Part shown: piece after piece, positions 12,483 to 25,268 of the stretch
Position numbering within the stretch: position 1 is the first letter of the stretch
Layout of the letters: each line of letters opens with the position of its first letter
Source: Carcharhinus amblyrhynchos
Lineage: Eukaryota
Assembly: GCA_965287045.1 (NCBI GenBank)
Contig: CBDIYR020000003.1
Coordinates: 7,998,001 to 8,062,000, forward strand
Length of the DNA: 64,000 nt
Direction: 5' to 3'
Translations under genes and position numbers: made by a program
Notes under the pieces: generated by a model
What the model was told of the DNA's origin: nothing
The model's database searches: none
Seen by the model: only the letters and a program-made list of their open reading frames with translations

Positions 12483-12912
12483 ATGTGTCCCCTATGTATT
12501 TTACTGATAATAATGGCCATGCTGCCCGGTGAGTCTGAGCTCAAATCCTCAGTGTATCATGGTTATATTTGCTCACAGATTTCTTTTACATTTTATATTT
12601 TATTGCAGGAATCAGTGGCCAAGATTCAGTTTCCCAGCCGCCTGAATTAACGGTTCAGGAAGGATTGAACGTTATAGTGAATTGTAATTACACAACAAAA
12701 GATGCTTATCCAAATCTCTTCTGGTACATTCAGTTTCCCGGGGAAGCTCCGAAATATTTACTGAAGAAATATGGCATAGGTCGCGGAGAAACATCTCTAG
12801 ATTTCCCAGACCGGTTTTCTGCTGATTTGGACAAGGACAAGAAAACATTTCCTTTAACTATCACCGGGGTCCGTGTCTCTGACTCTGCCATGTATTACTG
12901 TGCGCTCAGCCC
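12483..12912 (+). CDS. TRAV: TCR alpha/delta V segment (V5)
   Basis: Leader 12483-12528 (MCPLCILLIIMAMLP). V exon 12609-12912 (GISGQDSVSQ..VNC..LFWYIQFP..DSAMYYCALSP). RSS CACACTG 12913-12919 / 23 / ACAAAAACC 12943-12951. Confidence 0.95.
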
Positions 12913-13522
12913 CACACTGTTACAGAGGCACAGTCAGCCCGTACAAAAACCTGCACAGGCACTCTCACCTCCTCTCACTGAATCAGATTTGTGACCTGGA
13001 TTGTGAACAATAGTATAACGAAGAGTTAGCCCGAATGCTCTTTTTCCATGGTGCTGAATATTGCATTTTATATAAATTCCATTTTTATAGCTGTTTGGAG
13101 CAACTCTTGGAATGGAAAACTCTACCGCTGTTATCACAACGTTAACCAAAATGCATCTGCGTCCTATCTCAAAGATTAACTCCGGAAAATGACCAACATT
13201 TGTTTCCATGACCTCACTTTGTCAAAGAGAGTGATATCTCCATTCGGTCGTGTAGCCTCTTCCAGTCCAGTTCATTGTTCTGAGAACAGATTCAAATAGT
13301 TCCTGCTCCTCTCTCTGACGTCATGGATTGGAGAACAAAGTCACTCTGAGCTGATTGGATGAAATATAGGACAAAGCAACCGTCAGCTGATTGGTTGTCT
13401 CCTGCTGGCTCTGTCAGGAATGATCCAATCGCCAGTGAGGCCGGATATTACTCAACATCTTCTGAACTCTGAACTAAAAGTTTTAACTCACTGAGCTCAG
13501 ATCCAGCACCAACTCTGCCAAG

Positions 13523-14069
13523 ATGCTGTCTGTTAGTTTTTCCTCATTCATCATAGCTGCAGCTTTCTTAACTGGGAAGTTCCCAAGTTGTACAATCCCC
13601 AGCATGCTCGAGATACTGAGATAAAAATCTTGCCTTTTAATAGTTTTTCCTGTATTTGTAATGCATTCAATTACCCTGATCACATTTTTTCCCAACAAAG
13701 TGATGATAAAACGTTAAGTTTGTATTTCTATTCTTTTTTAGGTGTGAGTGGTGCAGTTTCTGTCTCCCAGGGTCCAGTTGTAGCGATGAAGGAACATCGA
13801 TATCCATGGACTTCAGCTAATCGACCACAGACAGTGCATATTCTTCACAGCTATACCGCCGGACCGGGATAAAGCCCCCAAATTCTTGACCTCCATCCAT
13901 AACTACGGAGATGATTTCAGAGCAGAAGGCACGGGACTCGGTTTTTTTTTGCATCTATGAACACTTCGAAAAATGAGAAATTTCACCATCTGTGAGCTGT
14001 CGGACAGCACGGTGTATTACTGCGGACCGAGAGGCATTGTGAGAGGAACCAGAGACTCGTACAAAAACA
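13523..14069 (+). pseudogene. TCR V pseudogene (psi-V6)
   Basis: Leader MLSVSFSSFIIAAAFLT with donor GT>GG. V exon from 13742 (GVSGAVSVSQ..) with frameshifts and no Cys23/Trp41, ending ..DSTVYYCGPR. Degenerate RSS CATTGTG 14035-14041 / 19 / ACAAAAACA. CRE at 13316-13323. Confidence 0.85.
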
Positions 14070-14099
14070 CTGCTGCGGAGTGACGAAGGGAATAGCGGG

Positions 14100-14182
14100 C
14101 ATGCGTTTTTTGCTGTGTAGTTACAATTCACTATAACGTTCAATCCTTCCTGGACCATTAATTCAGCCGGGTCCTGGGAAAC
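14100..14182 (-). pseudogene. Isolated FR1 fragment of a V5/V7-family gene
   Basis: Minus strand VSQDPAELMVQEGLNVIVNCNYTAKNA, near-identical to V5 FR1 and truncated at both ends. Confidence 0.85.
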
Positions 14183-14369
14183 TAGAATTTGTATAGAATG
14201 ACACATTGAGCACGATGGAAAGAGAGCATTCGGGCTCACTCTTCGTTATGCCATTGCTCTGCTTATATTAACAGTTCACAATCCAGGTCGCAAATCTGAT
14301 TCAGTGAGAGGAGGTGAGAATGCCTGTGCAGGTTTTTGTACGGGCTGAATGCGCATCTGTCACAGTGTG

Positions 14370-14804
14370 GGGCTCAGCGCACAGTAATACACGGCAGAGT
14401 CAGAGACACGGACCCCGGTGATAGTTAAAGGAACTGTTTTCTTCTCCTTGTCCAAATCAGCAGAAAACCGGGCTCGGAAATCTGGAGACGTTTCTCCGCC
14501 ACCCGCGTCATATTTCTTCAGTAAATATTTCGGAGCTTCCCCGGGATATTGGATGTACCAGAAGAAATTTGGAAAAGCATCTTTTGTTGTGTAATTACAA
14601 TTCACTGTAACGTTCAATCCTTCCTGAACCGTTAATTCAGGCGGCTGGGAAACTGAATCTTGGCCATTGATTCCTGCAACAAAATGTGGAATGTGTGAGA
14701 AATCTATGAGCAAATATAACCCATGAAACAGACACTGAGGATTTGAGGTCAGACTCACCGGGCAGCATGGCCATTATTATCAGTAAACCACACAGGGGAC
14801 ACAT
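14370..14804 (-). CDS. TRAV: TCR alpha/delta V segment (V7), inverted paralogue of V5
   Basis: Leader 14804-14759 (MCPLCGLLIIMAMLP). V exon 14673-14370. RSS CACACTG 14369-14363 / 23 / ACAAAAACC 14339-14331. Confidence 0.95.
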
Positions 14805-16867
14805 GGTTCCCGATTGGGCAGTAAGCAGCGACAATATCTAAAATATGTTGTTGCCTCTAGTTTTATATCACAGAGTGAACTCAGATCAAAGGCAGCTACA
14901 ATTGTTTGGAAACTGGGGGGCGTTACTCAGTGTTGCGATTGGCTCATCTCCCTGAGCTGACATCAATACGAATCATAACATCCCTACACTGCAAAAGGAG
15001 ACCATTCGTCCCATCGAGTTTGCAGTGGCCACAGTCCCACCCAGGCCCCATTCCCGCAACTCCGTGTATTTACCCTGCGTATCTCCTGACACTAGGGTGA
15101 ATTTAGCATGGCCGATGTGGAAACGTCGATTTTCTACACCGATCGACAGCTTGTTCTGCTTTAAAATGAATCGAAAATATTAAGAAACCGAAAGCAACTT
15201 TTGCAGCTCTGGGAAACGTTCCCTCTGCCCAATTTACATCGAATACACGAATACAATGTGAAGATGTGCCTGCGAAATGTTTATCGTTTTGTAAATTAGA
15301 GGTACTGTGAGAGAAAAGCTGTCGAAAATGTTTTATTTGACACGTAGCATGGAGAAAAACAACATAAAGATAAACAAATGAAAAGAGAATAAGTGAATCA
15401 AAAGCGAAGATCGTGGTCCATATCGAGTTATAGATAGAGAAAAACAGATTGAGATTCAGGAGATAGACAAGAAGAAGTGAAATGATAGCAATGAGGGTGA
15501 AAGCGACGGATGAATAGTGGGGTAGGCAGGGAGAGGAAAGGCAGGGAGAGACGGAGGCAGGAAGGTAATTAGATGAAGACACGGTGAGGAAACGGGGGGA
15601 GAACAAATGCAGATAATTTGAGACAGTGCTGATGGAGGAGCGAAGAGAGACAAGCGGACAGAAAACACGAGAGATAGTCGGTGAGAGAAGCAGAGGAAGC
15701 AGAGAGAAACGCAATATCCGAAATGGAATTAGGAATCCCAGGAGAAGAAATAAAAATAACTTAATATAACCGAGTAACTGATAAGAAAAGGTGATTTTCG
15801 GGATCCACTTGTCATTGTGCAAAACTAGATCAGCAGCAGATCTGCAATGCTATTGTCCCCGCTGCAGTAAACACATAAACATGGTGAGACAGCTCCATCT
15901 GGTGGCGATCTGAGGTAAATGACCAATTATGGGAAAACCACCGAATTCTCAACGTTCTGAAGCGGGTCGCTGCACAATTATGTCGCATTATTCTTGCACA
16001 TATTTTTACTATTGTACCGCAGTTAACGTATATATAAGAGCTAATCCCACCTTTATTTTGAACCCTGACGATCTTCTTTCTTTAGTGTAATATCCCAGTC
16101 ATTCTGCTGAAAGACTGTGGAAGGAAACATGAGCACCCGGAGGAAACCCACGCAGACACAGGGATAAGGTGCAAACTCCACACTGACAGACGGGAAATGA
16201 GCCAGGGTGCCTGACGCTTTGAAGCAGGGAGACCTGGAGAAATTGGATTTTTGACACTCTGAATTTTCGGGAAAACGGGAGAAACGAGTGATCCAACCTC
16301 ATCAGTTGTAGATTTATAAGTCAGTTAAGCCAAATTAGTCAATCTTACATTTATATACAAGGATGTACTTATATTTATATACAGTAATATGTACTCTGTT
16401 AGTTACTTTGGAATGCCAGCTAACGAGGAAAAAGAATATCGGAATTAAGTAGTAAACGTGACAAAAACAAAATAATGAGAAAGGTAAAAGCAGGAATAAT
16501 AAAATCAAAGCAATAAGGTCCATTATTAGCTGGCATGATAACATTTCAGTAACATCATGATGCAATATTCAAAAATAAATATGTTTTAGAGAATATTCTA
16601 CTGGGTGGCTCTCCAGGATGTTATGTATAAACACAACTGCATAAAACGACAGTTCACCGCTTTCACAGGTGTCAGATGTAAATTACAGGAAATAATTTTG
16701 CGATGTGACCCTTCACTGTGAACAACAGTACATATAGGACATGCACCTGCAGATAAATTTTAGCTTTCTCTATTTCTGTAACACTGTCTGCTTTGACGAA
16801 GAAATTAGATATAGCTCTTGACGTCTAAAGGGATCTTGGGAGTTTGAGGATGGGGGTTCAGGGTGTT

Positions 16868-17166
16868 GGGCGGCGTTGTGGCACAGTAATTAGCACTGCT
16901 GCCTCACAGCGCCAGGGGCCCAGGTTCAATTCCAGGTTTAGGTCACATATGCGTGTCTGCGTGCTTTCCTCCGGGTGCTCCAGTTTCCTCCCTCAGTCCA
17001 AAGATGTGCTGGTTAGGTGGATTGGCCAAGTTTAGTTGCCCCTTAGTGTCAGGGGAACTAGTTAAGGTAAAATGTATGGGGTTATGGCAATAGAGCCTGG
17101 GTGGGATTGTGGTTGGTGCAGATTCGATGGGCCGAATAGCCCTCCTCTGTACTGTAGGTTCTATGA
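16868..17166 (+). mobile_element. HE1-like SINE (full length)
   Basis: gggcggcgttgtggcacagtaattagcactgctgcctcacagcgccagggg..ggttcaattcc head; ..ctgtactgtaggttctatga tail. Confidence 0.85.
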
Positions 17167-17391
17167 TCAGCGGTGATCAAAACGAATAGCGGAACAGGGT
17201 CGAAGGGCAGAATGACTGACTCCTGCTTCCGGTGTCCATGTTTCTAACTTGGCAATGTTGTAGCGCAGGATAGTTAGAAAATGATCTATTTAAATCATTG
17301 TATTTCATGGTCCAACATCACAAGTATGTCCGATGCAAATATTCACCCACTGTTTCTAATTAATAGCGCTGACCAGAAAACTGTGCGCTTC

Positions 17392-17407
17392 TGTGTGTGT
17401 GTGTGTA

Positions 17408-17448
<41 letters not shown>

Positions 17449-17475
17449 CAGAGAGAGAGAGAGAAAGAGAGAGTG
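17392..17475. repeat. (TG)n-(AG)n microsatellite
   Basis: Visible dinucleotide runs. Confidence 0.95.
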
Positions 17476-17837
17476 AGGGGTGGGGAGGGCGATTAGATCT
17501 TCTTTCAATGTCGAAAGATTTTGGTTACTATTGATCACAAATTCAAAGTATCCAGTAAATAATGGGACTCGCAAATCTCTTCATTCCACGATGAGGGTCA
17601 GCGTTAAAACTCCTTCTGGCAGAGACACACAACGCCTGCAGAATAAGTTAATCATATAATCCCTACAGTGCAGAAGGAGACCATTCGGCCATGTCCTCTG
17701 TGTAAATAATGTTTCAAACAACAAAACAAAGGCTGCCCTAAAGATCCACTCCCATAGGTTATAAACTGCTTTCAGTATCCAGAGTCCATTAAGGGCATTA
17801 AATCAGTTAAAACGTTTCTTTTTCTCTCGGAACAATA

Positions 17838-18275
17838 TTTGATTTGATTTGATTTATTATTGTCGCAAGTATTAACATTCAGTGAAAAATATCGTTTCTT
17901 GCGCGCTATACAGACAAAACATACCGTTCATAGAGAAGGGAACGAGAGAGTGCATAATATAATTTTACAGCCACAGCTGGAGTGTAGAGAAACATACACT
18001 TCATGGAAGGTAGGTTAATTCAAAAACCTGATGGTAGCAGGGAAAAGCTGTTCTTGAGTCTATTGGTACGTGACCTCAGACTTTTGTATTTTTTCCCGAC
18101 GGGAAGGAGATGGAAGAAAGAATGTTCTGGGTTCCTTAATTCTGCTGGCTGCTTTGCCGAGGCAGCGGGAAGTGTAGGCAGAGTCAGTGGAATGGAGGCT
18201 GGTTTGCTTGATGGTTTGGGTTACATTCACAATCTTTTGTAGCTCCTTGCGTAACAGTTGATTCAAGGGTCCAGC
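17838..18275 (-). mobile_element. Rex1/Babar-type LINE 3' end
   Basis: Minus ORF RKELQKIVNVTQTI..TSRCLGKAASRIKEP resembles the Rex/Babar ORF2 C-terminus; (AATCA)n-like tail at ~17838-17855. Confidence 0.7.
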
Positions 18276-18976
18276 TGTTTCCATCGGGATGAGCATTGAT
18301 TTCCATGATTCCAGGTTAATATGAGTATTGTTTCACTCCACAGGACAATTGGATTATTTCTATAATAAAAACAATCTGGGCAGCTATTGTGTGAACCTGA
18401 TGGAAACTGACCGCCTGTTCAAGGAGAGCGGGTTATTGAGGCACCAAGAGGCTGCTTCCTATCTAAGCCTCAGTTACTAACCTGATCACCGCCACAAAGC
18501 TTTACACTAATCTACTCGCATTTAAATAATTTAATATAAGTTAAATATTCATTGTCAAAATGGTGCAAATATCTCAAAATTAACAGTACAAGTATTATTC
18601 TACAAACATCATTTGCCAGGGGAAGTTCAGTTCTTCGCTCTATCGCCTGTGAAGCAGATGTTTTCACAATCCCAGTCTCACGATGCATTCAGATGCGCCA
18701 GTGCAAACCGAGGGGAATGATGAAATGTGAGAGGTGCCGGATTTCGGATGAGATGTTTAATTAGGGGCATGGACTACCCTCTCAGATCGGAGTTGCAGAT
18801 CATAAGGACCCTATTTCGAAGAAGAGCTGTGGAGTTTCTCTTGCATGTAGACACACGGTGGGACATCAAGAAAGACGTCAGATAAATACACTACTATCAT
18901 TCACTCAATTGCCCAAATTACTGAGTGACGCTGTGAGAGTTTTTGTACAGGTTCAGCACAGCTCTGTGTCTCTGTG

Positions 18977-19751
18977 GGTCTCAGTGCGCAGTAATACACC
19001 CCGGAGTCTCTCAGCTCTGTTTTAGACACTTTCAACGGGACGGTGCTCTTCACAAAATCAAACTCCGCAGAGAATCGGTCTCCTTGGAATCTCTCTGTGT
19101 TCCCGTTGTATCTATCTCTCCGAAGCAGAAACTCCACGGACCCGCTGGGATACTGATAATACCAGAATATGTTCGGGTTGTTGTCTGTAGTTGTAAAGTT
19201 ACAGAACAACTGAACATCATCTCTTTCACTCACTGTGACTGCAGACGGTGTCTGTGTAACAGAGTCTCCTCCACAATGTCCTGTAAGAATCAAGAATAAC
19301 ATGAAATCAAACGATGTCAGTAAAATATGTTTATCCGACAGAATTGTCTTCTTGCCCTGAATTACAGCCCGATAAATAAATCGGCGTCACTAAAGTTAAA
19401 CATAGTTCCCACAGCTCAGGACCTGGAACTGGGAAGTGTTTGGATTGAATACTAATCTTTACATGAACGTACATTGACACTGTCTATCGGGATCAGTCCC
19501 CCGCCTGCGTTTCACATCACTTGAAAGAGAAACCGAAAACTGTCCATAGGTTTTAAACTCCAGTGTTTGCCACAGGCCGTGTGGAGACAAAGCGGATCTG
19601 GTTAATTTACCAATCTTTGATCAACCTATTGTTACCTATGTGCTAATTTAATGGGTGGCAAAGATGTGAAACACAGGTTTGTGCAACTTGTGAATTTACC
19701 GATTAACAGAGCAGCCGCTGTGAGGAATAAACACGAAGTAATGGGCGGCAT
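18977..19751 (-). CDS. TRAV: TCR alpha/delta V segment (V8)
   Basis: Leader 19751-19700 (MPPITSCLFLTAAALLI). V exon 19280-18977 (GHCGGDSVTQ..LFC..IFWYYQYP..DSGVYYCALRP). RSS CACAGAG 18976-18970 / 23 / ACAAAAACT 18946-18938. Confidence 0.95.
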
Positions 19752-21109
19752 GTTTGCAGAGAGCTCCTGGCACAGCTAACAGCAATGGGCTGAAGCTCAA
19801 ATTGATTCACTCAAGGGTTGAGAAGAGGGTGAGTAACGCCCACCACTTCGCTGATTGGTTCATTGCCGACAGCGTCATTAGTTGGCATTCAATCATCTTC
19901 CAACTTATTCAACCAATGGCTTCAATCTCTTTGGACCTTCAATGTCTATACTGGGCGCGAGTTGAAAGGAGCAAAATGTGAACTTGGTATCTTACGAGGA
20001 ATAAACTAAAAAATAATCCTTTCACAAGTTCAATTTCATTGCAGTGTTAATGCAATCCTTTTGTAACACCGACAAATAAACATTAAAACAAAAAAAATGA
20101 GAACAAGCTGCGGATGGCATTAAACAGAAACAGAACCCGAGGTTTCTGAACAAGGAGAGAGATTTCAGAACACAAGGGGGCACATGTAAGCCCACACACA
20201 GAATTGTTGAGAACATAGTTCAAACACATGGGTCCGTTCAGTGACTCTTCAAACCTTAGCTTTAACCTCAGGGACAGTGTTTAAGAGAGAGACTGGGAAA
20301 GATGGTGAGGGAATGAGAGAGCACGATACTCACCGGAGAATTGAGCAAATGGGGGTATTTTCTGTGGAGCAGCAATTCTGTTCAGAAGTGATTTTCAGAC
20401 TTGTATCCAATCAAGGCAGGTTTGGAAAAGGTTGAAAAGGAGCAGAGACAATCGGCTAACCCCTCAATGCGTGACTGGATGGCGGCATTTCTCCTGATCT
20501 TTATGCAGTGGAGGGAGCGATTTGCAGACTGCGGTTTGAGCAGTCGACTCTTAGAGGATGCGATGGCTCATGCCAAACTGTAATGTGGATAATCTATAAG
20601 TAATTTTCAGAGACAAGTGGATAAATATCTGACCAGCAAATGGAATTTTTAAGAATATAAGATACATTGAATGCAAGTGCCGATAAAGAATAAGTGGATA
20701 ATCCATCAACCGAGACAGTACGGTAGCAATGGGCCGAATGGTCTGTTAGCGCTATAACAGTTTACAATTTCAAGATTATGAACCGCTCTTTTCAATTAGC
20801 ACAAGTCTTGCAAAACAATTTACTTTGTTGCTACAGAGAGGAAGGAGATGTTCAGAAGCAGTGACGGTCCAAGTGGTTTCTGGTTTGAGAAACAGCCAAT
20901 TGCTGAGTGGCACCGTGAGAAACGTCAGATACCGATATCCCATAATTATCCAATCGGTGACAGTGTGGCCCTTCAGTCTCACATTGAATGGGGGAATGTA
21001 AAGCTCTCGCCTCTCCTCTCCCTCCCCGCCATTCAGAGTCTGGGCCTCGGCTGCAAGTCCCAGTTTAGAAAGTAGATCCTGATTGATGTTCTTGTGCATC
21101 TTCATCACC

Positions 21110-21537
21110 ATGAAGAGAAATCCCCGCAAAGAGCTATTTCCAGTTGGAGCTCTGATGCTGCTGATATTGTGTGAGTTTATTGATTTACTCAGATGGATTA
21201 CTTTAACAATCTCTTCGTAACGTATAGTTTATGAGTGCTTTTCTTCTGTTCACAGCCGTTCAGTGTGGGGATCAGAGTTCCCATCCTCAGCAGGTCGTAT
21301 CTCGGGAAGGGGAGCGGGTTGAACTCAGGTGTCGGCTCTCTGTTGCTCCAGGCGATGCAATAGCCTGGTACAGACAAACACTGACAGGACCTCCGACATT
21401 TATCGCCTCCATTTACCAGGGGAATTTGACCAAAGGAAGTTACACACTGTCCTTTGACCGAGTAAAGAATTCCTACACCATTTCTATAGATGAGACGACG
21501 GTTCTGTTCTCTGGAATGTATCTCTGTGCGAAGCAGA
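21110..21537 (+). CDS. Divergent short-CDR2 antigen-receptor V segment (V9)
   Basis: Leader 21110-21170 (MKRNPRKELFPVGALMLLIL; another in-frame ATG at 21086). V exon 21256-21537 (..REGERVELRC..IAWYRQ..FSGMYLCAKQ). RSS CACAGTG 21538-21544 / 23 / ACAATATCC 21568-21576. Confidence 0.85.
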
Positions 21538-22000
21538 CACAGTGAGACAAAGAGCGGATCCCCCTGTACAATATCCTGTTCACTGCTGTGTCTCCGCTGC
21601 ACTTTTAAGTTTTCTGCAAATCAGAAATGCCGTTGATGTTCTTGAATGTTACTTTCCCACATTTAATGTTCTATCTAGATAGTGTTCTAACATCCTAAAG
21701 TTGTCATTAAAGATGCAGATTATCGAAGCATGTTAAGTATTTTTAAAAAAAACTGTTTCGTTGTTCCAAAAGCAAATTAAAGAGACAGGCAGAAAACTCT
21801 GTCTGTCAATTATCTAAATAAATATTCTAGAAAAAGATAGGTAATTAGACAGATTGATAAGAGGTAGAGATGTTCAGAGTCAGATGCAGACAGATAGGTG
21901 GATAGACTGATAGTTAACTTTCTTTCGCCAGTATGCGTAAGAACTTTATTTAATTATCCCAGTATGTATCTTTATATTAATTTTGTTCTTGTTTTCACAG

Positions 22001-22319
22001 CTGTATCTTGTCACTCGAAGACATTTCAGATATCGATGTATCGGGTAAATCAAGGACAGGCCATCTCTCTTCATCACAATATTACTGTTACTGGGAATGA
22101 GTTTGTATTTTGGTACCGACAATTCTCTGATCAAGCTCCAGAGCATCTCGTTTCCACATTCAGAGATGAAACAACTGAGGGAAGATTAAAAGTACCTGTG
22201 GACAGTGATAAAGGATCCACCGGTCTCACTGTTAACACGGTCGAACTGTGTGATGCTGCGGTGGATACAGTGCAGTGAGACACAGTGAAACAGAGAGATG
22301 CAAAGCCTGTACAATAACT
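22001..22319 (+). pseudogene. Short-CDR2 V pseudogene (psi-V10) with intact RSS
   Basis: Acceptor ttttcacag ends at 22000. Cys23 lost (LHHN), VFWYRQF retained, YYC region frameshifted. RSS CACAGTG 22281-22287 / 23 / ACAATAACT 22311-22319. Confidence 0.85.
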
Positions 22320-23146
22320 CACTCGACATGGGCACTGTGGAACCAAACATCCCATGGCCTTTAGAAGAGAGCATGTTTCAAGCATATCGATAGAAAATGT
22401 TCTTCTTGTGAGCTATATGATGGAATTAAAACAATATAGTTTATTGCTTCCAACAATAGAACTTGCAGAAAAACCCACATTAGAAATATACAAATTACTC
22501 CTTGACTTATCAGAAAACTGAGACAAATGATCTTGTATCAATATCAAGCAGCAAATGGAAAAAAATAAAAACAATAACAAAGGTATCAGATATAGAAGTA
22601 CTAGCAGCGAAGTAATAAAACCCATAATAAACTGCTGCAGTATAAACCCAGCGATATCATACAACAACATTCGAGAACAACATAGAGGATCATTGCTTCA
22701 CTGATGACGTCCGCTTTCGTTAGACCTTGTAGAACCGTCAGTTCCCCCTGCAACAGGTGACAGCTGGAGTTACAGGAAATATCTGTGCGTCTTCTCACCA
22801 CAAACCGCAGTGTATTTAGAGCAAGAGCTTGTAAGTGAATTACGGAAGACCGGGCACTGAAGGTCTTCTGGACAAGAAGTTTTGAGTTTGAAACCGCTTT
22901 GCAGCCTTTTGGCTACTGAGGTGTGTTCTTCACCTCGTCACCAAATGTTGAACATCAGGGTCTGAATTCTTCCATTATGCTTAATGACAGGCAGTGAGAA
23001 CAGGAGAGTTTCCTGCTCACACAATCTGCAGGAGGTAATGAAAGCCACTGCAGTAATTTGTCAGGCATAATCATGGAGCAATCTAATGGAAGTCTGTGGT
23101 CACCTAGCACCATGTCAGGGCATGATGCCTGGAGGAATGAACTTGT

Positions 23147-23178
23147 GGGGGGGGGGGGGGGGGTGGGGGGGCGGGGGC
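23147..23178 (+). repeat. Poly-G tract
   Basis: Long G run with two interruptions. Confidence 0.9.
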
Positions 23179-24345
23179 CGTGGTGCGGACGGGAGATTAG
23201 AGAGTGCTCTCTATAGAGCATTGTATTCTAATATCACTCGGTAGTCTGAGTACGACGTTTAGGACAGTATGGATCCTCAATATGGCTCCTCAATGTAGCA
23301 GAAAGAGAAAGAGAGAGGATGGGTGAAAAGAGAGAGAGGGAAAGGTGTCTATTATTTGGTTCAAATTTGTGACAAGTTCAATGTAACCGGCACATATTTA
23401 AATTCCCCAATCCCTTTACTCCAGGGTCAGAGTGACGAGAATTTCTGATTGAGAATTAAACATTCCCACTGCCTCCTGCGATGATAAAATTTGTAACGTC
23501 ACCACAACAACTATAATGAAAATGAAATTCCTTAGGTTCGCAAGTCCCATTTGACCTCTGGAGTCTGTGAAAGGCGCTACATCAGTAAAAGTACGATCTC
23601 TTTTTTCGAGGGATACCTGTTTGTACAGGTTGCGTTCATTGTCTGCCTGTCTCCACGGGAACCGATAATGTTTATTTTTAATTTCATTTTCGTTATTTCA
23701 GTTTGTTTTTTTTCCAGAATAGGTTAATGAATGGTCACCACGCACTGGGACTTCCCGGATTCTTTCTTCAGTCCCTTCACAGATTCTTTCCACTCCAGGA
23801 AAAACTGGCAATCTATCCGGAACAACACTCCGGGAACTTACCGAGAAGACAGCGCAGTGCTTAGAAATGCTGCACCGTCAGAGCTGTCAGCCTCTCGATG
23901 ACCTGTTAAATCTGGGGTACCGTCTTCCCTCTCAGGTGGAGGTGCCACATGGTCACTGTTTCCAAAAACAGCAAGAGAAACATCCTGTTCGGTATCTGTT
24001 CACCAATCACAATGACTGACACAGCCAGAGCACTGCAATATTACTGAATGAAATAACATCATTATGAGTCCAAAAATAGCTGCTGTGTTTATTACATAAA
24101 ACACTTCGGGACATTAAAATTTACAAAAATATTCTCAAGCTCATTCTTTTAAGTGTCCCGGTGTTTTAATTTTGCAATATATTTGTTATTAATAAAAATA
24201 TTCTTAGTAAAAGATTGAGAAATCACCACGATTTCAGGTTCCATTTCAGACTCAGTCTTATCACAATGTTTGCCTCACGCTCCGTTACGTTGAGTGAGGC
24301 TCTGACAGTTTTTGTACAGGTTCAGCCCAGCTCTGAGTCTCTGTG

Positions 24346-25268
24346 GGTCTCAGTGCGCAGTAATACACCCCGGAGTCTGTCAGCTCTGTTTTAGACACTT
24401 GCAGCGGGACGGTGCGGGTTGTATCATTGAGCTCCGCTGAAAACCGGTCCCCTGGGGATGTCTCTGTGTTGCCGCTGTTTCTATATCTCCTCAGCAGAAA
24501 TTCCATGGACCCGTTGGAATACTGACGGTACCAGAATAAATAAGGATTGCTACTACTTGTAGCTGTGTAATTACAGAGTAACTGAACAACATCTCCTTCA
24601 GTGACGGTGACTGCAGCCGGCGTCTGTGAAACAGAATCTCCTCCACAATGTCCTGTAAGAACGTAAAGAAATATTAAATTAAACAATGCAACTTCACTCT
24701 GCCCCCAACCCCACCCCGACCCCCCCAACCCCACCCCTCACCTCCAGAATCTGCCGTATTCTTGAACAATAATCTCAGAAAGAAATCACACAGCACAACA
24801 AAATATATATTTCACAGTTCAGCCGCTGGAAAGAGGAGGTGTTTGTAGCGTTTAAATAAAACTTCCACCATAAACATTCTGTTCTTTCTAAAGAGATCAG
24901 TTCCTCGCCTTCAGTCCCTATAACTGGAAACTGCTCTCGGTCTGTCTGTTTGAAATGTGGCGTTTGCCAAACTCATTCACTGGTATCAGAGGAGCTTCAA
25001 TCTGAGCCCAACTCATTCTCATTCCAAGGGGGAATTGTGCCTAATCCCAACAATGCTCAGTGTTGAGACCAGCGAGATCCTGATCATTTTTCGATGTTGT
25101 GATTAATCCATTCCCTGATCACCCACCCACTCCCACTTGCATTGAGCGAACCGCCTGACAGAATATATTATGTGGCAAAGATGTATAACACAGAATTGAG
25201 CAACTTGTGAACCTACCGGTTAAAAGAGCTGTCGCTATGATGAATACATACGAAGTAACAGGAGACAT
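24346..25268 (-). CDS. TRAV: TCR alpha/delta V segment (V11), paralogue of V8
   Basis: Leader 25268-25217 (MSPVTSYVFIIATALLT). V exon 24652-24346. RSS CACAGAG 24345-24339 / 23 / ACAAAAACT 24315-24307. Confidence 0.95.

Larger units (their letters stand above)
12190..15100. repeat. Inverted duplication: arms ~12190-13082 and ~14183-15100
   Basis: SINE tail, promoter, leader, V exon, RSS and 3' flank are reverse complements of each other. Confidence 0.9.

Noticed and set aside
14361-14367. Perfect CACAGTG on + overlapping the V7 heptamer (possible bidirectional RSS)
   Set aside because: No nonamer at 12 or 23 nt on the + strand.
15103-15822. 239-aa hydrophobic minus-strand ORF
   Set aside because: Antisense of a purine-rich low-complexity tract; Leu/Ser/Phe bias and no domain motif.
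17333-17340. Perfect Ig octamer ATGCAAAT
   Set aside because: No leader or V exon nearby; expected by chance.
21538-22000. V9 plus apparently leaderless psi-V10 as a NAR-TCR-like two-V cassette
   Set aside because: No D, J or 12-RSS found between them, psi-V10 is broken, and neither resembles VNAR. Its leader has probably just decayed.
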